From assembly GCA_963932905.1 (NCBI GenBank), contig CAWVRN010000008.1, positions 32,001 to 96,000 of the forward strand: a DNA stretch of 64,000 nucleotides, written 5' to 3'. The notes under the pieces are model-generated. The model was not told the DNA's origin. It was given only the letters and a program-made list of their open reading frames with translations, and did not search any database. Shown in pieces: positions 47,390 to 56,988 of this stretch. Each line of letters starts with the position of its first letter. Position 1 is the first letter of the stretch. The position numbers and the translations under genes are program-made. Origin of the DNA: an uncultured Bdellovibrio sp. GTDB taxonomy: Bacteria; Bdellovibrionota; Bdellovibrionia; Bdellovibrionales; Bdellovibrionaceae.

Positions 47390-49935
47390 CCGCTCGTTGC
47401 AAACACCGAAATGAATGGAACGCCAGGGGGTTGATTCATAATATACTGAAAGTGAGGATCATAGCGATAAGTTTCTGTCGACGGGGTTGTCCATGTACTG
47501 TCGCCGATCGAGTAGGCTTCTATAATTTCTGGATAAATAGAATAGTGGGGAAGAATTTGAGGACCGTTGATAGTAATTGTGCGTCCGCCCCAGCTTTCGT
47601 TAAGTAAAAGTTGCGGCCAGTATTTCATCAAAGCCACATTGTAGGTTGTACTGGAGGCATTGCGAGTTAAAGATCCAGTGGCTACGTCCCAGCGGGCATT
47701 GTGATCACGCCAATTATTTGAGAAATAAATGACATCATCCCCCGCCACCATTAGCGGTGACCACGGCGTCGACGTCGCTGAAGTCGTTGACGATGAGGTG
47801 TTTAAATCACCTTGAAGGTAAACGTGAAGATTCGTAATGACAGACAGGCCCTTGGGTAACACCGTTGTGGAAATATTGGCGCCGTTTATCAGTCGTAACG
47901 CCGTCGTGCGCATTCTGATTTGATCTGCTTGATTCAAATTTTTGTATTGATCGCAATTTGGAATTTTAAATGCGCCATGGGCGTCCAAATTGCCCCCGGC
48001 TAAACTTGTTGAACATAGCTGCATAGGAAGCGCTTGGCTTTGAGCTGCGTTGTAGACAGGGGTTTGATTGGCATCCGCCGATGAGCCATAAAAACGAGAG
48101 TCTAAGTCCGTGTGGGCATATGGTGGTGCAACTGGAGTGTTCAAATCTTTTAAACCATTTAGCGAACCAGCCCAAGTTCCGGAAATAAAAATAATACCGT
48201 TAAACGCCCGCCCCATCATTCCCCAGCTTTTGAAATAACAACCCAATTCTCCACGGTGATCTTGACCAGGAAGTGGGTTCGAAGGGTCATGGGTGCAGCC
48301 AAGGGCATCTTGAAATCGATTTAAGTCAAAATTCATAGGGTAGACTTTGCTGCGTGCGACTCGGGCTTCCGTGGGTTGCGGTGAATGCTGTTGCCACAGG
48401 CCAAATCGATAGCCACTTCTGGTTGCATTCACAATACGATGCGAAACATCCGAGTCACTTCCTAGGGAGCATGTGACCGGAGTATCGATACCCACAATTT
48501 TATCTTGAATTGCCCCTGAGCTGCAGTTTGTGCACATCGTATTGGTGGTAGAGAGTGTATCATAGCAAAATCCAGACTGTGTCCCCGCGGAAAGATTATT
48601 TGAAGCGTAGCCACCAGGAATTGCTGAACCCGTAAGTCCTGCTAAGTTTCCGTATGAAATAACACCTTCTGTATTGTCTTTGATTTTAGCGGCTACCGTG
48701 TCGTATTCGTAGTAAGAAAATTTTTGGGGAGTCGTATTTGTTGGCCACGCATGCTGAGGAAAATGTGTAGTCATGTAATTCGTGATGTCTGTTTGGCCGA
48801 CATCACGAGTTCCTTCGGTTGTTTCTTCGTCCCAAGTTCTAAATGAACCAGGATGATCAGACCAAACAGGAATACCGGGCCAATCATTTTCATTGGCAGG
48901 GTTTTTTAAATACCAAACACCATTAATAATTCTAATATCGGCTTTGTATGCAAACTTGGCTTGTCTTACAGACGTCGGATCGGCAGTGACAATGGGATCA
49001 ATCATCAGACGTTCCCGAAGATTAGCTCCTTGGCGGCCGCGCTGAACCCGCGGAGTATCTGCCGTTTTGATATGAATGGCCGGCACTCCATGATAACTAT
49101 CTTGGACTCGGCCATTCCAGCGTGCCAGAGCATATTCTTTCCAAGCTAAGCCTGTTCCATCGCAGTTCGTACAACCGCTGCCAGCTGAATTTTTTAGTTC
49201 AACGAAATTAGTTCCTGAATCATCGGCCGCTATGTAACTACGTAAAGTATTTCCCCAAAACGGAGGTGCTGTCATGACATAACCTGCGGAGGTAAAATAA
49301 TTGGCGGCAACGAACTCGGTTCCTTGGTTAGCATTAGCTATGTTGCCTACACTTGATCCAATGTAAATGTATCTATTCGCAAAAACACGTCCATTAATAA
49401 GAATTTTATTTACGATTGTAGTAGCAGCCCAATCATAAAACGAAAATACGCCAAATTGGGTAAAGTTGATTCCCGCAATTACGCCATCAAGTTCAGCGGA
49501 AGTTTCATAGCCTGTGGTTGATGAAATTAAAGCCACCTTTAGATTCACAACACGCGTATCGGACTGCATGCCTGCAAAGGGACCTGATGGTAAATCTTTA
49601 ACTGCACTGTCTACCGATATAGTTGAAGACCAAGATCCAACCGTGTAGCCCGCAGGTGTGAGTGAGACAATGTGAGGTTCGATATAGGCAGTCAGGTTGT
49701 CGGTAGTAATCGTGTCTGTTTGGGAAACGAATTGTTTGGTAAGATTTACCATACCTTTGATAAAGCCTTCGGCCTCGTAGGTCGCTTTGATTTTATCAAC
49801 GTTTTGCGAATTTTGTTTTTGATTTATTATGGCATTATTAAAAATATAAACGGAAGTAGTCATTACAGCGGCCGCAAATACGATTACGAATACGGTACTA
49901 CTGCCCGAAATAAATTTTGTTTTTTTCATACTCAC
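47374..49935 (-). CDS. Large PilX-like pilus-associated protein / putative adhesin
   Basis: Prepilin-like K..G|SSTVFVIVF without Glu5, KATYEAEG helix, Cys-paired C-terminal region, YRYDP...PPG terminus. Confidence 0.65.
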   Translation of the reverse strand: MSMKKTKFISGSSTVFVIVFAAAVMTTSVYIFNNAIINQKQNSQNVDKIKATYEAEGFIKGMVNLTKQFVSQTDTITTDNLTAYIEPHIVSLTPAGYTVGSWSSTISVDSAVKDLPSGPFAGMQSDTRVVNLKVALISSTTGYETSAELDGVIAGINFTQFGVFSFYDWAATTIVNKILINGRVFANRYIYIGSSVGNIANANQGTEFVAANYFTSAGYVMTAPPFWGNTLRSYIAADDSGTNFVELKNSAGSGCTNCDGTGLAWKEYALARWNGRVQDSYHGVPAIHIKTADTPRVQRGRQGANLRERLMIDPIVTADPTSVRQAKFAYKADIRIINGVWYLKNPANENDWPGIPVWSDHPGSFRTWDEETTEGTRDVGQTDITNYMTTHFPQHAWPTNTTPQKFSYYEYDTVAAKIKDNTEGVISYGNLAGLTGSAIPGGYASNNLSAGTQSGFCYDTLSTTNTMCTNCSSGAIQDKIVGIDTPVTCSLGSDSDVSHRIVNATRSGYRFGLWQQHSPQPTEARVARSKVYPMNFDLNRFQDALGCTHDPSNPLPGQDHRGELGCYFKSWGMMGRAFNGIIFISGTWAGSLNGLKDLNTPVAPPYAHTDLDSRFYGSSADANQTPVYNAAQSQALPMQLCSTSLAGGNLDAHGAFKIPNCDQYKNLNQADQIRMRTTALRLINGANISTTVLPKGLSVITNLHVYLQGDLNTSSSTTSATSTPWSPLMVAGDDVIYFSNNWRDHNARWDVATGSLTRNASSTTYNVALMKYWPQLLLNESWGGRTITINGPQILPHYSIYPEIIEAYSIGDSTWTTPSTETYRYDPHFQYIMNQPPGVPFISVFATSGWKTK

Positions 49936-49942
49936 CCACGTC

Positions 49943-51010
49943 CTATAGAAAGTCTAACACGTTTCTTAAGTAAAACCTTCTTTCGACACCAAATAGATAC
50001 AGGTTTGGGAACGATTTCACGGTCCCATTAAGAGTCGATACCGAGTTTCCTAGAGCACTTGCCTTGTATTGAGACGTTCCCACTATGATCCCTACTAACA
50101 GCATTTTTAAATCACTATTAGCGCCCCCAACACCCAGGCCGCCCAGTTTAGCCATGGTGTCGGCTGTATTATTGTAAAGGACCTCATCCGTATCGCTACC
50201 GTTAATCGTGAGTGATTGGTTGCGGAAACCAACATCATACCCCAGGGCAAATTGCAAATCATAAACATCGTCTGAATATATATGTATGTCCGCAGAAACC
50301 AGTGGAGATGTGTTCGCTATTTTTACCAATTTTATAATTCTAAATGTAGCCGGATCCCAGTAAATTGTTTTCAGAGTCACCGGCGAAGTAGTTCCATTTA
50401 AAAATGTTTCGGATCCAATCACGCCATGATTTAAAATTTTTCCTTGTAGATCATCTGATGTGGTTGCTTGGCAGGTTGCTATGTCAACGTTGGTAATCCG
50501 AAGAGTGCGAGTAATTGTATCAGAGGCGTTGACTAGAATAATGGATGTGTTGATCATCCCGGATTCTAGAGCACATTCGCTTGGATCAACAGCACCATTT
50601 CCATTTACATCCACAGTGGTGATTTGTAAAATCCCTGTGACGGCGGAGTAACTCGTCACCGAAATTTTGGGATAATAAGATCCGTCAGCCATTGTCCTTT
50701 CTGAAGCGATGGTTATCCGGTCGCTGCCTTGACAGTCGGGCAATCCAAGGTCAGTTAGCGGGCCACAGTTGTCTTCCACAGTGAGGGCGTCCCACGGACG
50801 AATAGTGGCTCCCCCGGCACCGCGCAAAACTTTACCCAGCAAATTTGAAATGAGCATTGTATTCCATGTGACATAAGACGTTTGCCGTACGCGTTGTTCC
50901 TCTTTTTGAGAATCGATAAAAAGTGTAGTGCCTAACAAAATGATGATCGAGGAAATACTAGCAGCTATCAGGAGTTCAGTAATGGTAAAACCATTCCGTC
51001 GCTTTATCAT
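49943..51010 (-). CDS. PilW-like prepilin (likely ATG 51010)
   Basis: MIKRRNG|FTITELLIA prepilin motif; DLQFALG; DVNGNG Ca-loop-like motif. Confidence 0.8.
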   Translation of the reverse strand: MIKRRNGFTITELLIAASISSIIILLGTTLFIDSQKEEQRVRQTSYVTWNTMLISNLLGKVLRGAGGATIRPWDALTVEDNCGPLTDLGLPDCQGSDRITIASERTMADGSYYPKISVTSYSAVTGILQITTVDVNGNGAVDPSECALESGMINTSIILVNASDTITRTLRITNVDIATCQATTSDDLQGKILNHGVIGSETFLNGTTSPVTLKTIYWDPATFRIIKLVKIANTSPLVSADIHIYSDDVYDLQFALGYDVGFRNQSLTINGSDTDEVLYNNTADTMAKLGGLGVGGANSDLKMLLVGIIVGTSQYKASALGNSVSTLNGTVKSFPNLYLFGVERRFYLRNVLDFL

Positions 51011-51417
51011 CGGACAATCCTCAGCGTAAAAGAACTGCCTGTGAATCCATCTTGCCACGCCACTTTTATAACGATGGTTCGGTTGCCCGCGATAGGAGCA
51101 TTTTCAGTCACATCCCAACTGGCGATGTATTTAGGATTACCGGCTGATGTAACTTCAACTAAGCTTTTACTAAAGTAGCGTCTGTGACTTGCATTATAAG
51201 CTTGCAGTAGGGCCGTATCCGTAAAGCTTTTCATGGAAAGGTCTTCAGCGATATTTTCAGCAATGATATTTCCATAGATTGAGCTCGCTTGCCTAGTTAT
51301 GGAACTATTAGCTGTCTGTATCTGATAAAGATACGTAAACGTTGCAATGGAGAAAATCGCCAAAGCAAAAAGAGCATCGATAATAGTAAAACCCAGGGGT
51401 TTGTTTAGTAATGGCAT
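51007..51417 (-). CDS. PilV-like minor pilin
   Basis: PLG|FTIIDALFALAIF; IAENIAE; C-terminal IVIKVAW. Confidence 0.75.
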   Translation of the reverse strand: MPLLNKPLGFTIIDALFALAIFSIATFTYLYQIQTANSSITRQASSIYGNIIAENIAEDLSMKSFTDTALLQAYNASHRRYFSKSLVEVTSAGNPKYIASWDVTENAPIAGNRTIVIKVAWQDGFTGSSFTLRIVR

Positions 51418-51431
51418 GCAAAAGTTAATTT

Positions 51432-52160
51432 CTATTTCTTCTTAAGTCGTATTAAAATAAGTAGGCCGATTGCCGCAAAAATGATGGCGCCGACAATATA
51501 CAGAAACTTATTACTTTTCTTCGCGACTTGTTGTGAACCATCTGGCAATCCACCTATGTCAATGCCTGTACCGGCACCAGTGCTGATCGGTCCTAGAGTT
51601 CCACCAGCACCTTGAATGCTTGGATCTTGTAATGAATTTTTAGTAGCTATCACATTAAGTGAATTTACCGCGTTGAAAAAGTCTTGTGCATATTTGGTGT
51701 AAAATTCTTTATGGGCACTGAACGTCACAAGAACCGCAATTTTTTCTTTAATCGTAGCAATGTAGCGAGTGTAGTAATTTTGGATTTCGCTGCTGATATG
51801 GAAACCATCAACCCAAAGTAGATTGTTGATCTTTTTTTGAGTTGGCGGGGACATGACCTGCGACATCACTGTTTCACCGGTTTTAGTAGTCGTTTTGATA
51901 GGGCTCTTCATGTGACCTTCATAAATTTGAAGACTATCGCTAGGGCCGACTTCCTTAGCAGTTAGGACAATGATCGCCTCTTTTGATTCATTAGTTTCTT
52001 GGCTGCGGCAAACCCATTCAGTGGCTTCCAGGACGCAATTCCAACGTTCTGGGATTTCAAATGAGATATAGGCATTTTTAAACTGTTTAGCCTGAGCCAA
52101 GTTTGGAGTCGTCGCGATGAGAGCCGCGACGCCCAGGATTAAAAAAGTGTGGAGTCTCAT
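51432..52160 (-). CDS. Exported protein with C-terminal membrane anchor
   Basis: Signal peptide, Gly-rich linker, C-terminal TM followed by basic residues. Confidence 0.75.
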   Translation of the reverse strand: MRLHTFLILGVAALIATTPNLAQAKQFKNAYISFEIPERWNCVLEATEWVCRSQETNESKEAIIVLTAKEVGPSDSLQIYEGHMKSPIKTTTKTGETVMSQVMSPPTQKKINNLLWVDGFHISSEIQNYYTRYIATIKEKIAVLVTFSAHKEFYTKYAQDFFNAVNSLNVIATKNSLQDPSIQGAGGTLGPISTGAGTGIDIGGLPDGSQQVAKKSNKFLYIVGAIIFAAIGLLILIRLKKK

Positions 52161-52250
52161 GAATTCCCCTTTATTTTATTGTTCATCGAACACAAGATAT
52201 GTATTTATTATAATAAGTTTTTTTAAGGTATCTCAACAAGGATTTAGAAA

Positions 52251-53159
52251 ATGCTCAATTTATATCAACTGACCACTTTCGTTACAGTTATCAGTGAAGG
52301 GAGCATGACCGCTGCTGCGGACAAGCTGTTCCTTACTCAACCAGCCGTCAGTCAACAAATTCGGAACTTAGAGGAAGAATTAGGAGTCGAGCTACTTGTG
52401 CGAGGCGTTAGGCAAATCAAGGCAACGCCTCAAGGTGAGATTCTGTATGAGCATTCACGAAAAATTCTTCATCACGTTCAGCAAGCAGAGATCGCGATCA
52501 AATCGATGGGCGCTGAACTGAAAGGTGATGTCTACATGGGGACGTTGAACTCACTAGGCTTACACTTAATGAGTCCAATCATCAGTCGACTGCTGCGCCA
52601 CAACCCTGACCTAATGGTAAAAGTAGACTACCAAAAAGGTGAAGAGCTAATTCAAAACTTTAAGGCTGGTAAAGTCGACGTTCTAATTCTACCTGAAACG
52701 AACAAAGAATTTCACTTTGAGATGGATGACACCATCGAATCTAAATTCCTTAACAAGGAAGAGATGTGGTTAGTTTGCTCGGGCAAAGATTCCAACATCC
52801 CTCAGCAGCTATCTGTAGAAGAGTTAGCCGAACACCAAATCGTTCAATTTACAGGTGAGTACCCGGAATTTGATCGTAAGGTAAAAGAGAAAATGAAAGC
52901 GACTGGTAAGAAATTTAATGTCATTTTCGAGTCATCAAATGTGGGAACTTTAAAACGAGTTATTGAAACAGGAATCGGTCTAGGATTCTTGCCTGCTCAC
53001 GCCGTTAAAAAACAAGTGCGTTCAGGCCGTATGAATCGTATTCACGTAAAAGATTTATCGTACGAGATGGATTTAGTTTATTACTACAGAAAGAACTCGG
53101 ATAAAAAAGTTCTTGTAGAAACTTTCTATCAGGCCCTTTCCCAGCAGGAAAAAGGCTAG
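52251..53159 (+). CDS. LysR-family transcriptional regulator
   Basis: SMTAAADKLFLTQPAVSQQIRNLEEELG. Confidence 0.95.
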   Translation: MLNLYQLTTFVTVISEGSMTAAADKLFLTQPAVSQQIRNLEEELGVELLVRGVRQIKATPQGEILYEHSRKILHHVQQAEIAIKSMGAELKGDVYMGTLNSLGLHLMSPIISRLLRHNPDLMVKVDYQKGEELIQNFKAGKVDVLILPETNKEFHFEMDDTIESKFLNKEEMWLVCSGKDSNIPQQLSVEELAEHQIVQFTGEYPEFDRKVKEKMKATGKKFNVIFESSNVGTLKRVIETGIGLGFLPAHAVKKQVRSGRMNRIHVKDLSYEMDLVYYYRKNSDKKVLVETFYQALSQQEKG

Positions 53160-53163
53160 TTTG

Positions 53164-54306
53164 TTATCCCGCTTTGGCAGCCAGTGGAGTTCCGCACTCA
53201 GAGCAGAACTTCATCTGGGCTGAAACGCCAGCTCCGCAACTTGGACATGCGTTTTCGGCTTTCTTGATTTTCTTCTCTTCTTTTTCATTAAGATCAACGA
53301 AACCTTTTTCATTCCACTTGTCGATTTCTTTTAAAACTCTCCAAGTGAATATTAAGTTCGTTAATTCTTTTACTTCAAATTCTAATTTTACCTGATCTGA
53401 AATGCTTCTGCGTTTTGTGATGCAGCCTTTTTGTTCTAGGCGAGTGAAGTGATCGTTATTTAAACTGATGCCGTGATCAGCCGCTAGACGTTCTTTGGTT
53501 TTCAGGAAGTCTAAAGATACGATCCCGAAACGATCTGGTGTTACACCAACCGCTTCTTTTAAAAAGGTATCTACCACGTTTATTACAAAATCATCCGGTT
53601 TTAAAATTTCGCTACGACCTTGTTTGAAGTAGTAGTATTGATAAAACTCGAAAAATGCTTCCAGAGGAGCCAGTGATGGAGTGATGATTTTTTGAATTTC
53701 ATCTGGTCCATCGGGGTTGTCTTCCGCTTTTCCCATTTCATAGGATGCTAATTTTAATTTAACTAAGATATTGCAGGCTTGTTCTAATTTCTTAGGAGAT
53801 TCGCCAAACACGCGCTGCGAATACTGTTTGAACATGTGCCAAGTCATTTCGATCGATCCATCTTTACGTCGAGTGCCTTTGTGATTGATCGTGTGAAAGA
53901 GAATACCAAAAATAATTGATGTTTGATCTTCTGGGCACGGAGATGCATCTTTTTCTAAACGGATTGATTTCAGTTCATTGAAAGATGATTTCAAACGTTC
54001 AACAAGACTCTTGATCACCATTTTGAAAAGCTGAGGACCGGCTTCGTATTGAGGTTTGATAGCGTCCGTAGCTACTTCCAGTACTTTTGTTTCCGAGGTG
54101 CAGATAGCCGAGTATAGGTGAGTCGTTTGCCCGTTAAAAAAACCTTCGCCGACGATTCCTTGGCTGCCTAATTGGTACAGATCCAATATCTTCTTTCCTC
54201 GCACTAAGCAGACATTTACGCCGCCGGATTGGATGAAATAAAGATTTGTGATTTTGTCATTTTCTTTAAAAAGATAATCGCCTTTTTTAAATGTCTTCTG
54301 ATTCAT
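53164..54306 (-). CDS. Cyclic-nucleotide-binding (Crp-like) protein with C-terminal zinc ribbon (likely ATG 54306)
   Basis: FKKGDYLFKEND...LYFIQSG...IVGE; CPSCG...KFCSECG; GAGG RBS. Confidence 0.82.
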   Translation of the reverse strand: MNQKTFKKGDYLFKENDKITNLYFIQSGGVNVCLVRGKKILDLYQLGSQGIVGEGFFNGQTTHLYSAICTSETKVLEVATDAIKPQYEAGPQLFKMVIKSLVERLKSSFNELKSIRLEKDASPCPEDQTSIIFGILFHTINHKGTRRKDGSIEMTWHMFKQYSQRVFGESPKKLEQACNILVKLKLASYEMGKAEDNPDGPDEIQKIITPSLAPLEAFFEFYQYYYFKQGRSEILKPDDFVINVVDTFLKEAVGVTPDRFGIVSLDFLKTKERLAADHGISLNNDHFTRLEQKGCITKRRSISDQVKLEFEVKELTNLIFTWRVLKEIDKWNEKGFVDLNEKEEKKIKKAENACPSCGAGVSAQMKFCSECGTPLAAKAG

Positions 54307-54552
54307 GCAAAGCCTCACTTATTTCATCGGAGTCTCTAAAAGGGACATGAGTCGAGGATACGACTTCTGGATGATAGTCGAAACTATCAAAAAAGCTTGG
54401 ACGTTTCAGTAGGCAGCCCATAGTGTCGCTATAAATGAAAGATGGGATCGTATTGTGAGCCGTTCGGCAGTCGATGAAAGAAATTCACGAAGAAAATCAG
54501 GATAAAGTTATTTTCGGTTTAAAAATCAGGCAGTTAGTGGTATAAGCACCCT

Positions 54553-54855
54553 ATGAATTTTGAAGAGCTAAGTTCCGACGAACATCGCAAACGAGAGAAA
54601 GCTAAGGCCTACGAGCTCAAGCAATCGCAATGGTGGCGACAACAGGTAGGACCTGGCATCTGTCATTATTGTAAAGGTCATTTCTCATCCAAAGATCTTA
54701 CAATGGATCATGTTATCCCGGTTTCACGTGGTGGCAAGTCTTCGAAAAAAAACTGTGTGCCAGCCTGCAAACAGTGCAATAACGAGAAAAAATATAAGAC
54801 TACGTTTGATATGGCTCTAGAAAATTTGAACTCCCTCGAGAGTTCGAACGATTAA
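54553..54855 (+). CDS. HNH endonuclease family protein
   Basis: CHYC...MDHVIPVSRGG...NCVPACKQCN..K. Confidence 0.9.
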   Translation: MNFEELSSDEHRKREKAKAYELKQSQWWRQQVGPGICHYCKGHFSSKDLTMDHVIPVSRGGKSSKKNCVPACKQCNNEKKYKTTFDMALENLNSLESSND

Positions 54856-55107
54856 GAGTGCTAACGTACAAGTTGCTTTTAAAACTTGCATCGCCTAAAT
54901 TTTGAACCGAGTTTGGGGTTGATTTAGGGTATTTACGCACATAGCCGCGCGATAAAAAATTTTTAACCTTGCAAACTTCCCATATTTTCTTTTTAACTAA
55001 TAATAGTGTGAACTTTAATCCTGATGCTTGTATTGTGTTGAAAACACCCAAGTAATTCGCATCAGGACCAATAGCCAGCTTCAAAAAAGCTAGATTAAGG
55101 ACGCGAA

Positions 55108-56979
55108 GTGAGTAAAATTACCAAGAGCAGTACCGCTGAATATTTTGCCAAAAACTTGCAACAGGTGGGGTTTTCGTCACCGTTGAAAGCTGTTTTGACG
55201 ACATTAAAAGAAGCGATCGATAACTCCCTTGATGCCTGCGAACAAGCCGGTATTTTGCCGGATATCAAAGTTGAAATTACCAAAGTTGGCACGGGTTCAA
55301 CAAAGAATACAGATCTAATCAAGATTGTTGTTGAAGATAATGGACCTGGTATTGATGCGGATGATTTAGCGAAAGTATTTGGTGAATACCTTGCCTCTTC
55401 AAAATTTGGCCGTGGACAGTGTTCTCGTGGTCAGCAAGGTATCGGTATTTCCGCTGCGACGACATGGGCGCAAATGACCAATGCTCGTGGCGCCGTAGTT
55501 ATCTCTAAAACTAAAAATATGAGAAAAGCCGTCAGCGCCCAAGTTGACGTAGATATCAAAAGTAATACTGGGATTATTAAGAACAAAGAATCTATTGATT
55601 GGACAAAACCAAATGGAGTTCGTGTCGAATTCGTAATGGATGGTCGTGTTCAATTAAACGGTGACGGTGGACTTGTAACGTACGTAGAAGGTACGGTTCT
55701 AGTTAATCCTCACTTAACGATTGAATATAAATTATTAGATAATGACTGGCAAAAAGTAGAACGTGTTTCAAACGAAGTTCCCGAACTGCCACCGGCGACA
55801 TTGCCTCATCCTCATACATTTAAGTTAGGTGAATTCATCACGCACGCCACGTTGTTTGGTAAAACCAGCTTATCTAAGTTTTTGAAAACAGGTTTTTCAC
55901 GTATTTCTGATCCTACGATCAATGATTTCGTTAAAAACGGTTTACCGAAATCATTGGTTGAAAAACCGGTGACTTCAATTAGTGAAGAGAATTTCAAATC
56001 TATTTTCACAGCCATTCAAAATACTGAATTGATGGCGCCATCTACAAAATCGGTTCTAACAGTGGGTGAAGATGCTCTATCAAAAAGTATTCAACGTTTA
56101 GGCAAGGTTGACTTTTTCTCGGTCGTAACTCGTAAACCAAGAATTTGTGATTTCAAACCCGTCGTTGTGGAAGTCGCATTGGCTCGTTTTATTGATCGTG
56201 GTGGCGAAAATGACAGCCCAGTTCAATTACTTCGATTCGCAAACCGCGTTCCTTTACAATTTGATAAATCTGGTTGTGCCATCACGGGTGCGATTGAATC
56301 AGTAAACTGGAAATCCTACGGATTAAATCAGCCAAAAGATTCACTCCCTCTTGGTCCCTATGTATTTGCGATTAGTGTTGTATCTCCGTTCATCAAGTTT
56401 AAAAATGCGTCGAAGGAAACAATTGATGCTTCGGATGAACTAGTAGATGAAATCAGAAAAGCCGCGCAACAAGCCGGACAAAAATTATCTCGTCATATCC
56501 GCAAAGAATTTAAAGAAGCTGATTTGGAACGTAAACTGGCTCATATTGAACAGTTCGGTCCAATTCTAGTCGAGAAGTTAGCGGCTCTAAGTGGCGCTAA
56601 TGAAGCTCGTCGAAAAAAAGCAGAGGACGGTTTAAGAAAAATCTTGGGTCGTGATTCTCAGGAAGCAATTTCGCAATTAGAAGATGCTGAAACCAAGTTG
56701 AATAAACAAAAACAAAGAGAAGCTAAAAAATTTGGTGTTGATTTAGACGAAACTTCAAATGAAGAGGATGTTTCTGAAGCATTTGAAGACACAGATTCCG
56801 ATGTTGTAGAAAAAGGAACGACCAAAGCCACTACGGCCACGTCGACTCAAAAAGGCACTCAGGTGGGAACTCAGAAAACAACTGAGAAAACGACAGAAAA
56901 AACAACTGAAAAAGCCGCAGCTTCAACTCAAAAATCAACTACGATTGCGACGACTCAAAAGTCGACGCAAAAGAAATAG
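55108..56979 (+). CDS. top6B: DNA topoisomerase VI subunit B
   Basis: AEYF.KN...GF, KEAIDNSLDA, EDNGPGI, SRGQQGIGIS, RFANRVPL, SKE. Confidence 0.93.
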   Translation: MSKITKSSTAEYFAKNLQQVGFSSPLKAVLTTLKEAIDNSLDACEQAGILPDIKVEITKVGTGSTKNTDLIKIVVEDNGPGIDADDLAKVFGEYLASSKFGRGQCSRGQQGIGISAATTWAQMTNARGAVVISKTKNMRKAVSAQVDVDIKSNTGIIKNKESIDWTKPNGVRVEFVMDGRVQLNGDGGLVTYVEGTVLVNPHLTIEYKLLDNDWQKVERVSNEVPELPPATLPHPHTFKLGEFITHATLFGKTSLSKFLKTGFSRISDPTINDFVKNGLPKSLVEKPVTSISEENFKSIFTAIQNTELMAPSTKSVLTVGEDALSKSIQRLGKVDFFSVVTRKPRICDFKPVVVEVALARFIDRGGENDSPVQLLRFANRVPLQFDKSGCAITGAIESVNWKSYGLNQPKDSLPLGPYVFAISVVSPFIKFKNASKETIDASDELVDEIRKAAQQAGQKLSRHIRKEFKEADLERKLAHIEQFGPILVEKLAALSGANEARRKKAEDGLRKILGRDSQEAISQLEDAETKLNKQKQREAKKFGVDLDETSNEEDVSEAFEDTDSDVVEKGTTKATTATSTQKGTQVGTQKTTEKTTEKTTEKAAASTQKSTTIATTQKSTQKK

Positions 56980-56988
56980 GAGTAATAT

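Noticed and set aside
54350..54552. Small hairpins (AGTCG/CGACT, TGATAGT/ACTATCA) as ncRNA or terminator
   Set aside because: Short stems, no U-tract following on either strand, and no recognisable family.
54800..55084. 94-aa minus-strand ORF between HNH and top6B
   Set aside because: TTG start, no recognisable motif, overlaps the HNH gene and occupies the likely top6B promoter region.
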